This document shows, piece by piece, positions 14,249-26,061 of a DNA stretch of 64,000 nucleotides. Each line of letters starts with the position of its first letter. The first letter of the stretch is position 1. A program made the translations under genes and the position numbers. The DNA lies in assembly GCA_044892525.1 (NCBI GenBank), contig CM097885.1, positions 17,052,001-17,116,000 of the forward strand, given 5' to 3'. The notes under the pieces were generated by a model. The model did not search any database. It was not told where the DNA came from and saw only the letters and a program-made list of their open reading frames with translations. This DNA is from Schmidtea polychroa. Its lineage: Eukaryota.

Positions 14249-14599
14249 ACAATAAAATGATAATTTAAGCCAGTTGGTAGTTAGAAGCGTACGGCAACAA
14301 TTGGGGGGGGTAAAAAATGTTGCAAACTTTTGATTGCATAATTTTTTCCGTAACCATTTTTGATTACATAATTGTTGCCGTACGCTCCAATGTTTTTTTT
14401 CTAGGATTTTAAATACAAAAAATATTTTTTCAATAAACAAGCCAAGGATAAATATTATTTGGGTGGGTCTCCTTGGTCCTGAGAATTTCAATACAAAAAG
14501 GCGGTCTTCAATAAAAAAGCATGGAATTTTCACACTATAGTGAGGGGGTCTCGATGGTCCTGAGAATTTCAATAGAAAAGGTGGTTTACATTAAAAACG

Positions 14600-15050
14600 C
14601 ATAGTAAATTTTTAAAATAAAGCAAATTATGGGTCTAAAATTTAAAAATAAAGTAAATTATGGGTCTAAAAAATTAAATTTAAGTAAATCAAGGTTCAGA
14701 TTTTTTTTTTGAATTAAAGTAAATTATGGGCCTAAAAATTGAATTACAGTAAATTATGGGCTAAGATTTTTGAATTAAAGTAATGAATGGGCTCAACTAA
14801 GTAAATTAAGGTTCAAATTTTTAAATTAAAGTAAATAATGGTTCGAAATTCAAAATTAAAGTTAATTAAGGGCTCAACTAAGTAAATTAAGGTTCAAATT
14901 TTTAAATTAAAGTAAATAATGGTTCTAAAAAATTAAAATAAAGTAAATTAAGGTCCTAAATAATTAATTAAAGTAATGAATGGGCACAAATAACTAAATT
15001 AAGGTTCTAAAAAATTAAATTAATTAAGTTAATTAAGGTCCAAATTTTAA
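14600..15050. repeat. Subterminal ~30-bp tandem repeats of the left arm (mirrored at ~26400-26850)
   Basis: Recurring AAGTAAATTA(T/A)GG.. units. Confidence 0.8.
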
Positions 15051-15389
15051 AATTAAGTAATCAATGGTAAAAAATTAAAGTTAAATAAGTAAATTAAAGT
15101 AAGATTTTTAAATTTATTAACAAAATAATAGTAGGTGTTTGAGAATTGAAATTTTTTAATGAAAATTTTTATGAAATAATAATAATAATAATAATAAAAA
15201 TAATAATAATATATCAACCAAATACTATACAACACATAAAAAATTAACTAAACACATAAAAATAACTAGACACATAACAAAACATATAAACATTAACTAA
15301 ACACATAAAAATGAACTAGACATATAACAAACATAAAAATTTACCAAACAAATAACAAATGTAAAGATATAAACTTTTATTTAATAAAA

Positions 15390-18300
15390 TTAGTCCTCAT
15401 CAGACAAAATAACGTCATCGATATCGATATCATCTTCTCCAAAATCTTCTCCAACATCTTCATTAAATTCTTCCTCATCTTCTCCAACATTTTCATTAAA
15501 TTCTTCCTCATCTTCTCCAACATTTTCATCATTTTCTTCTCCAACAATTTCTCCAATATTTAATTCACTTAATCTTACATGCCCATATGCAAGACTAGTA
15601 TTTTTCCCCACCCAAACCCTTTTGTCATCTTTGTTAGTTAGTGCTATTTTTGTATATTATTTTAGTCTGAGGAACCGAAAAAATCTGGTTAGTGTTATAA
15701 CAATCCAGGTATGACTGATGTTTTATGTCACTACCTTTCAATGTTACACCTTTAGCCTTTTTTGTTTCCCCATCACCCAACAAGCTATAACATTTAGGTC
15801 TAAGAAAAACCCATTCCTTATATTTTAGACCCTTATTCTCGTCTTTGAACTTTCCAATGACAGAATCAAGGTTCTTACTATATAAGGAATGACAACTATT
15901 GTAATTGGAAGTATCTAATAAATTATCTCGAATCATTGCAGGTAAAAGAACCTCAAGTTTACAGTTAATGACTTCGAGGAAAAAAGAATCTGTATCACCT
16001 GCAACGATATTAATTTTACAATTAAACTCATTGCGAAATGATTCTAAATCCTTATATATTGTAATTCATACATTCTGAGTTTAGATAGATCAAGTACAGA
16101 TTGACCAATGTAACTTGGTCTATCTAAACATATAGAATCTGAATTCAATAATGCTGCAATTAAATTATCGTCTATTTTAATAGATTTTTTAAAAGTCGGC
16201 TTTGAAGAATATTTAACTAAATTACCGGCAGTTGTACAAAGACGAAGATTCATTCTTTTTAAATTTTCAACTGTTTTGCCGTATAAACTGTTATTTAACA
16301 ATTTATAATAATTTTTATCTAAATTATTTATGCTTTTTGACCTTAATTCTGTATTAGTATCTATATATTTTTTAAAAATTGGAGATTGCTTAAATCTTAC
16401 ACCCCTATTTACACGTGTTACTTTAACACCAAGTTCCAAATATAATTTTAATAATCTCCAATGAATCACATAATTAGATTTTGGAAGATGAGTTAATAAT
16501 AATTTTTCAACCTTAGACCCAGCAGGTTTCATTTTTTCAGCAGCTACAGGGAAATCATCCAACTTATCATGAAGCTCAGAAGGAATTACAAGATCAACTT
16601 CAAGAGTGTATCCATAAGACAAGGATTCAAGATTTAAATTCCTACATTCATCCATTATTAAATCAAATCCATCAAGAACCCAACTAAATTCACCACAAGG
16701 TAATGATTGACTTAAAGCCCAACCATAAAGATTATTAATATCTATATAAAGTAACTCGGTGTTCTCATCGGTTTTTACGTAATGCTTATTCACAAAAGTA
16801 AGACCGCCTCTTATTCCACCCTCATAAAAGCTAAACATTTCGTTTTCAGTTATGAGCTCAATTGGTTCATCTAAAGACATTAATGCAGAAGACCAAGACA
16901 TACCAGGTATTCCGAAATAATTCAATGGTTCCAATCTATTGTGAGCAATAGATTTCAACCGAAACTGATGAAAGAAATCAGCCAAAAGAAAACAATCGAG
17001 TTTTAAGTAGATCATCATATAATCTAATAAAGTTACGCAATTAGATTCTACCCAAATCTCCTGAGCTTTTTCATACTCAAGCTCAGTGACACCTTCCCAG
17101 ATTGGTGGTAATTCATAAGTAGTTTGGAGAATATCTAAAGATGTAGCGAAATTATAAGGGAAGATTCCTTTTTCAGAAACTATAGTGCCAGAAAAAACAG
17201 AATTAGTAAAAGGCAAAGAATTCAAAGTTTTGACTGCTTTAGCTAAAGAATCATTAACAATTTGATAAGAATCAATAAACCTTAAACTAATTTTTCCTAA
17301 ATGCGCAATCAAAGAAATAAATTTTTCAGTCGTTATTGGGATGCAACCTAAAGTCCAATTTTTAAATTTATTTAAACCATATTTAAGTATATGGTGCATA
17401 TCGTATCCCTTCAAGTTGTGAAATACGATAGGCAAAATTTTATTTATTTTCCTATTTATGTTACATGTGCTACAAGCTGCACCCAAGTATTTCCCCGTAA
17501 AATGATCGTGATCTCTAACAGGATCGACGATAGATTTCATACAAAGATAACAAACAGATGCACTAACAAATTGACGTTGTTCAATTTTTGTTAATTTCAT
17601 CATAGGTTTCCTACCCATTTTATAATAAAAAGGAAGAACCTTATTTAATGCTATATCCTCTATAGCACTTAAAAAAACTCTCGACGCAATCTAAATCTAT
17701 GAACTGTTGATAAGATTTAGATCCGTCAAAGTTATTTACAAGTAAAAGACCAGCAGATATTGGCATGTGTCGTTGGAAATGAACATTATCAGAAGGTAAA
17801 ATAGCCTCAAAATCGGCATAAACTACAAAAGGAGGAGTTACTGTTTTCGACCAGTCAGTAAACTGCAATAATTTATTTTGAGGGAAGGTGTAAAGAGTTG
17901 TTCCTAATTGATTACGTTTACATAATATTTCATGTTTGTCCAGTGCGTTTCTATTTTTAAAACCATTCAAACAACGATGGCACCATAATGATTGTATGCG
18001 TGTAGGACAACTAGTGTTGATACCACAATTCAGTAACCTATTTAAATTACTTATAGCAACGTAATGGAAATTGTTTCCTTTATTTAATAGTAGTAAATTA
18101 ATTATAGTTCCATTTAAAACTTTGGAACGATGTATAATATCTAAATGTGGATGTTTTAATACATAATTATCAGTTAATTGTTTGCTATTATCATATGAAA
18201 AAACATTAATTATTAAACCCGGATTTTTAGATTCAAATTTCCTAATGTCTTTTAATTTCATAGGTAATTCTAACGGGTTGTATACTAAGTCAGATAAATT

Positions 18301-19897
18301 ATAACTTGATGTCCTATTCCTATATTGTGTAATAACTTCATCATATTTTAAAATAGCTAAAATACTATATAAAATCCATGAATCATCAGTGTTTTTTATA
18401 TTAATTAAACAATATTTATTTTTTAGATAAGTAGGTGTTTCAATGAAACTCCTACCACTTAATCTACTTAACCTACTTATTTTTGTTATGGTGAAATGTA
18501 TTTCAGTAATATTTTTAATATTCCAACTGCTTCCTAACTCGGTAATATTAGTAATTTTCTCATTTAATTCCTTAATGCCTTCATCAAAAAATGATGCAGT
18601 TAAAGGCTTTGCATAATTTGAGATATTATTAACTTTTATTTCCCCGTCTTTTTCAAATTCGATTGTTATTCCGAATTGAATTTTGACGGAGCCTAATTCG
18701 TTAATAATATCTCGTAATTTTATTATTAGTTGTTCAGGAAATATTATTTCTTTTATATTTAAGTCGCTAGTATTTAAGCTTAATATTTGATGGGTACCTC
18801 TTAAATCTCTTTGTACTGTTGGTACATTTCCACCTATTTGTATTATATTTAATCCATCCCAAGAATCAAAGGAAGTGAATAATCCATCATTGGATTCAAC
18901 AACCAATCCGACCTGGGATTCAACAAAAGGCAATCCGACCTGGGATTCAACAACCAATCCATCATTGGATTCAACAAAAGGCAATCCGACCTGGGATTCA
19001 ACAAAAGACAATCCGTCCTGGGATTCAACAACCAATCCATCATAGGATTCAACAAAAGGCAATCCGACCTGGGATTCAACAAAAGACAATCCGTCCAGGG
19101 ATTCAACAACCAATCCATCAATGGATTCAACCTCTAATCCAACCTGGGATTCAAAAGAAGAAGTATCTAATTTAATTTTTTTATTTGTATTATTTTTTTC
19201 TATAGTCGAGGGTCTTTTAAAAACGCTATCTTTTTTAAAATTAAACCTATCTAAATGATTTTTATGTTTATTATAAAAAACGCTATATGTTACAGGGTCA
19301 CTAGTCTTACATACAGGACATATAAAATAAGTTTTATTATAATATTTTTTCGTGTAATAATTCTCCATTATAGAATGGCAATTATTATCATGTTCTTTCG
19401 ATGAACAGTAATTTGGATAAAGTATACCTATAAAATAAAAATTTAATAAAAAAAAATATAATTTAAATGAAATATTTTAATAAATGTTTACGCAAAAATT
19501 TGCAAATTATTATTATTTTACAAATTTTATTTACTAAAAAATAAAAATTTACTAAATTAAAAATATTAACATTTACTTAAATAAAAAATTATATTAAATT
19601 TCCTTTAAATTATAAAAAGTAATCAATACTTACATTGTAAATTTTCATTTCGATTATTTGACACATTGACATAATTTTTCTCTTTATTTGTATTACCTAA
19701 ATTATTAATTAATTAAATCAATAAATTAAAAATTATGTTTACTTTTTCTTTTCAAATTTCCTTTAATCTTCGATTTTAAATTGTCTTCATTAATATTATC
19801 TAAATTAATTAATAAATTAATTAATAAATAAATTAAAATTACCAAATTCCTGAATTTTTTCTCGGACATTCATAACGTTTTCTATTAAAGAATTCAT
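15390..19897 (-). pseudogene. polB: Protein-primed family B DNA polymerase (pPolB), left-arm copy, frameshifted
   Basis: Mirror of the right-arm copy. ORFs 17641-19368, 16044-17618, 15634-15936 and 15390-15611, plus predicted 5' exons up to 19897. Confidence 0.9.
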
Positions 19898-20380
19898 TTT
19901 TATAGGTTAATTATTTGTTAAATGTGACTAATGATTGATTATTGTTTATAGATTATTATTTTTTATAGATTATTATTGTTTATAGGAACAAATTCTTACC
20001 AATGAAAATCAAGGAAGGGTAGGAAAAATAAATGTATTACGTTGCAGTATTTTAAAACTTCAATATATTTTAAAACACATTTTGACGCTAAAGTTGACTT
20101 ATTTAACATTTTCATAATAATTTAATAAAAAATAATGTGATGAACCCACAAAGTAATATCATTTTTCATCAAATTGCAAAACAGTAATAACGTTTTCATA
20201 AAATTGTAACAAAGTAATAACATATTTCAGATAAATTTTCAACAGTTGTAAAATATTTAAGCAAATTGTAACAAGATTAGAAAATATTACAACAAAGTAG
20301 TAACATATTTCAGAAAATTTCAACAAAGTTGTAAAATATTTATCAAATTGTAACTAAAATAATAAAAATATTGCAACAAA

Positions 20381-21070
20381 AATTAAAAAAAAAATTTAAT
20401 TCTCTACAAAATGGCTCAATTACAATTTTAGTTTGTCGCTTTGTGTGTATACACACATGTTTTTACGATAAATTTGTATTTTTCGCGCGGTTAACGTAAT
20501 TTTCTTGGATTTTTATTCATATATTATATAGATAAAATTTCATTTCCTATAAAATAGCTTGATTAAAAATTATGTCTCGTATGATGTGTGTAATACACAC
20601 ATGTTTTTACGATAAATTTGTATTTTTCATACAGGTAACGTAATTTTCTTAGGATTTTATTCATATAATATATAGATAAAATTTAATTTTCTATAAAATG
20701 GATTGATTAGAAATTATGTATCTTGTTTTGTGTGTAATACACACATGTTTTATGATAAATTTGTATTTATTATACGTTAACGTAATTTCCTTGGATATTT
20801 ATTCATATATTATATAGATAAAATTTAATTTTCAATAAAATGGATTGATCTAGAGTTTAAAATGTTGTATTATTTTATTACTTTGTTGCAATATTTTTAT
20901 AATCTTATAACAATTTATTTTACATCTGGTGAAATATTTCCGAAATATGTTATTACTTTGTTGTAATTTACTGAAAGACTTCACAATTTATTACAATATT
21001 CTTTTTAATTTGTTGTCCGTCTTCGAAATAATGTATTGATTTGTCCCAATTAACATCATTATTTTATTAC
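20381..21070. repeat. Non-palindromic central spacer with 3 copies of a ~144-bp repeat plus degenerate TATTACTTTGTTG repeats
   Basis: ACACACATGTTTT at ~20451, ~20595 and ~20739. Symmetry breaks at 20380/21071. Confidence 0.85.
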
Positions 21071-21553
21071 TTTGTTGCAATATTTTTATTATTTTAGTTA
21101 CAATTTGATAAATATTTTACAACTTTGTTGAAATTTTCTGAAATATGTTACTACTTTGTTGTAATATTTTCTAATCTTGTTACAATTTGCTTAAATATTT
21201 TACAACTGTTGAAAATTTATCTGAAATATGTTATTACTTTGTTACAATTTTATGAAAACGTTATTACTGTTTTGCAATTTGATGAAAAATGATATTACTT
21301 TGTGGGTTCATCACATTATTTTTTATTAAATTATTATGAAAATGTTAAATAAGTCAACTTTAGCGTCAAAATGTGTTTTAAAATATATTGAAGTTTTAAA
21401 ATACTGCAACGTAATGCATTTATTTTTCCTACCCTTCCTTGATTTTCATTGGTAAGAATTTGTTCCTATAAACAATAATAATCTATAAAAAATAATAATC
21501 TATAAACAATAATCAATCACTAGTCACATTTAACAAATAATTAACCTATAAAA

Positions 21554-24500
21554 ATGAATTCTTTAATAGAAAACGTTATGAATGTCCGAGAAAAAATTCA
21601 GGAATTTGGTAATTTTAATTAATTTATTAATTAATTTATTAATTAATTTAGATAATATTAATGAAGACAATTTAAAATCGAAGATTAAAGGAAATTTGAA
21701 AAGAAAAAGTAAACATAATTTTTAATTTATTGATTTAATTAATTAATAATTTAGGTAATACGAATAAAGAGAAAAATTATGTCAATGTGTCAAATAATCG
21801 AAATGAAAATTTACAATGTAAGTATTGATTACTTTTTATAATTTAAAGGAAATTTAATATAATTTTTTATTTAAGTAAATGTTAATATTTTTAATTTAGT
21901 AAATTTTTATTTTTTAGTAAATAAAATTTGTAAAATAATAATAATTTGCAAATTTTTGCGTAAACATTTATTAAAATATTTCATTTAAATTATATTTTTT
22001 TTTATTAAATTTTTATTTTATAGGTATACTTTATCCAAATTACTGTTCATCGAAAGAACATGATAATAATTGCCATTCTATAATGGAGAATTATTACACG
22101 AAAAAATATTATAATAAAACTTATTTTATATGTCCTGTATGTAAGACTAGTGACCCTGTAACATATAGCGTTTTTTATAATAAACATAAAAATCATTTAG
22201 ATAGGTTTAATTTTAAAAAAGATAGTGTTTTTAAAAGACCCTCGACTATAGAAAAAAATAATACAAATAAAAAAATTAAATTAGATACTTCTTCTTTTGA
22301 ATCCCAGGTTGGATTAGAGGTTGAATCCATTGATGGATTGGTTGTTGAATCCCTGGACGGATTGTCTTTTGTTGAATCCCAGGTCGGATTGCCTTTTGTT
22401 GAATCCTATGATGGATTGGTTGTTGAATCCCAGGACGGATTGTCTTTTGTTGAATCCCAGGTCGGATTGCCTTTTGTTGAATCCAATGATGGATTGGTTG
22501 TTGAATCCCAGGTCGGATTGCCTTTTGTTGAATCCCAGGTCGGATTGGTTGTTGAATCCAATGATGGATTATTCACTTCCTTTGATTCTTGGGATGGATT
22601 AAATATAATACAAATAGGTGGAAATGTACCAACAGTACAAAGAGATTTAAGAGGTACCCATCAAATATTAAGCTTAAATACTAGCGACTTAAATATAAAA
22701 GAAATAATATTTCCTGAACAACTAATAATAAAATTACGAGATATTATTAACGAATTAGGCTCCGTCAAAATTCAATTCGGAATAACAATCGAATTTGAAA
22801 AAGACGGGGAAATAAAAGTTAATAATATCTCAAATTATGCAAAGCCTTTAACTGCATCATTTTTTGATGAAGGCATTAAGGAATTAAATGAGAAAATTAC
22901 TAATATTACCGAGTTAGGAAGCAGTTGGAATATTAAAAATATTACTGAAATACATTTCACCATAACAAAAATAAGTAGGTTAAGTAGATTAAGTGGTAGG
23001 AGTTTCATTGAAACACCTACTTATCTAAAAAATAAATATTGTTTAATTAATATAAAAAACACTGATGATTCATGGATTTTATATAGTATTTTAGCTATTT
23101 TAAAATATGATGAAGTTATTACACAATATAGGAATAGGACATCAAGTTATAATTTATCTGACTTAGTATACAACCCGTTAGAATTACCTATGAAATTAAA
23201 AGACATTAGGAAATTTGAATCTAAAAATCCGGGTTTAATAATTAATGTTTTTTCATATGATAATAGCAAACAATTAACTGATAATTATGTATTAAAACAT
23301 CCACATTTAGATATTATACATCGTTCCAAAGTTTTAAATGGAACTATAATTAATTTACTACTATTAAATAAAGGAAACAATTTCCATTACGTTGCTATAA
23401 GTAATTTAAATAGGTTACTGAATTGTGGTATCAACACTAGTTGTCCTACACGCATACAATCATTATGGTGCCATCGTTGTTTGAATGGTTTTAAAAATAG
23501 AAACGCACTGGACAAACATGAAATATTATGTAAACGTAATCAATTAGGAACAACTCTTTACACCTTCCCTCAAAATAAATTATTGCAGTTTACTGACTGG
23601 TCGAAAACAGTAACTCCTCCTTTTGTAGTTTATGCCGATTTTGAGGCTATTTTACCTTCTGATAATGTTCATTTCCAACGACACATGCCAATATCTGCTG
23701 GTCTTTTACTTGTAAATAACTTTGACGGATCTAAATCTTATCAACAGTTCATAGATTTAGATTGCGTCGAGAGTTTTTTTAAGTGCTATAGAGGATATAG
23801 CATTAAATAAGGTTCTTCCTTTTTATTATAAAATGGGTAGGAAACCTATGATGAAATTAACAAAAATTGAACAACGTCAATTTGTTAGTGCATCTGTTTG
23901 TTATCTTTGTATGAAATCTATCGTCGATCCTGTTAGAGATCACGATCATTTTACGGGGAAATACTTGGGTGCAGCTTGTAGCACATGTAACATAAATAGG
24001 AAAATAAATAAAATTTTGCCTATCGTATTTCACAACTTGAAGGGATACGATATGCACCATATACTTAAATATGGTTTAAATAAATTTAAAAATTGGACTT
24101 TAGGTTGCATCCCAATAACGACTGAAAAATTTATTTCTTTGATTGCGCATTTAGGAAAAATTAGTTTAAGGTTTATTGATTCTTATCAAATTGTTAATGA
24201 TTCTTTAGCTAAAGCAGTCAAAACTTTGAATTCTTTGCCTTTTACTAATTCTGTTTTTTCTGGCACTATAGTTTCTGAAAAAGGAATCTTCCCTTATAAT
24301 TTCGCTACATCTTTAGATATTCTCCAAACTACTTATGAATTACCACCAATCTGGGAAGGTGTCACTGAGCTTGAGTATGAAAAAGCTCAGGAGATTTGGG
24401 TAGAATCTAATTGCGTAACTTTATTAGATTATATGATGATCTACTTAAAACTCGATTGTTTTCTTTTGGCTGATTTCTTTCATCAGTTTCGGTTGAAATC

Positions 24501-26061
24501 TATTGCTCACAATAGATTGGAACCATTGAATTATTTCGGAATACCTGGTATGTCTTGGTCTTCTGCATTAATGTCTTTAGATGAACCAATTGAGCTCATA
24601 ACTGAAAACGAAATGTTTAGCTTTTATGAGGGTGGAATAAGAGGCGGTCTTACTTTTGTGAATAAGCATTACGTAAAAACCGATGAGAACACCGAGTTAC
24701 TTTATATAGATATTAATAATCTTTATGGTTGGGCTTTAAGTCAATCATTACCTTGTGGTGAATTTAGTTGGGTTCTTGATGGATTTGATTTAATAATGGA
24801 TGAATGTAGGAATTTAAATCTTGAATCCTTGTCTTATGGATACACTCTTGAAGTTGATCTTGTAATTCCTTCTGAGCTTCATGATAAGTTGGATGATTTC
24901 CCTGTAGCTGCTGAAAAAATGAAACCTGCTGGGTCTAAGGTTGAAAAATTATTATTAACTCATCTTCCAAAATCTAATTATGTGATTCATTGGAGATTAT
25001 TAAAATTATATTTGGAACTTGGTGTTAAAGTAACACGTGTAAATAGGGGTGTAAGATTTAAGCAATCTCCAATTTTTAAAAAATATATAGATACTAATAC
25101 AGAATTAAGGTCAAAAAGCATAAATAATTTAGATAAAAATTATTATAAATTGTTAAATAACAGTTTATACGGCAAAACAGTTGAAAATTTAAAAAGAATG
25201 AATCTTCGTCTTTGTACAACTGCCGGTAATTTAGTTAAATATTCTTCAAAGCCGACTTTTAAAAAATCTATTAAAATAGACGATAATTTAATTGCAGCAT
25301 TATTGAATTCAGATTCTATATGTTTAGATAGACCAAGTTACATTGGTCAATCTGTACTTGATCTATCTAAACTCAGAATGTATGAATTACAATATATAAG
25401 GATTTAGAATCATTTCGCAATGAGTTTAATTGTAAAATTAATATCGTTGCAGGTGATACAGATTCTTTTTTCCTCGAAGTCATTAACTGTAAACTTGAGG
25501 TTCTTTTACCTGCAATGATTCGAGATAATTTATTAGATACTTCCAATTACAATAGTTGTCATTCCTTATATAGTAAGAACCTTGATTCTGTCATTGGAAA
25601 GTTCAAAGACGAGAATAAGGGTCTAAAATATAAGGAATGGGTTTTTCTTAGACCTAAATGTTATAGCTTGTTGGGTGATGGGGAAACAAAAAAGGCTAAA
25701 GGTGTAACATTGAAAGGTAGTGACATAAAACATCAGTCATACCTGGATTGTTATAACACTAACCAGATTTTTTCGGTTCCTCAGACTAAAATAATATACA
25801 AAAATAGCACTAACTAACAAAGATGACAAAAGGGTTTGGGTGGGGAAAAATACTAGTCTTGCATATGGGCATGTAAGATTAAGTGAATTAAATATTGGAG
25901 AAATTGTTGGAGAAGAAAATGATGAAAATGTTGGAGAAGATGAGGAAGAATTTAATGAAAATGTTGGAGAAGATGAGGAAGAATTTAATGAAGATGTTGG
26001 AGAAGATTTTGGAGAAGATGATATCGATATCGATGACGTTATTTTGTCTGATGAGGACTAA
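21554..26061 (+). pseudogene. polB: Protein-primed family B DNA polymerase (pPolB), right-arm copy, frameshifted
   Basis: N-terminal region: INIKNTDD and HY (vOTU-like), zinc finger CHRC...HEILC. Exonuclease region: ExoI YADFE, endonuclease-VII-like CYLC...DHDHFTGKYLGAACSTCN, ExoII FHNLKGYD. Polymerase region: motif A DINNLYGWA, motif B KLLNNSLYGK, motif C GDTDS at 25452-25466 (outside the ORF track), RPKCY, KAKGV and DDKR...AYGH. Confidence 0.92.

Noticed and set aside
14600..15050. Regularly spaced ~30-bp repeats resembling a CRISPR array
   Set aside because: The units are tandem and degenerate with no unique spacers, there are no cas genes, and the context is eukaryotic.
22321..22602. 93-aa repetitive ORF (LLNPRSDC...) and its mirror at 18849-19130
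   Set aside because: Alternative frame of the pPolB minisatellite, with a non-ATG start.
23774..23783. T7-AAG as a programmed -1 frameshift site in pPolB
   Set aside because: The -1 frame hits TAA immediately. Continuity needs +1, and two further lesions lie downstream.
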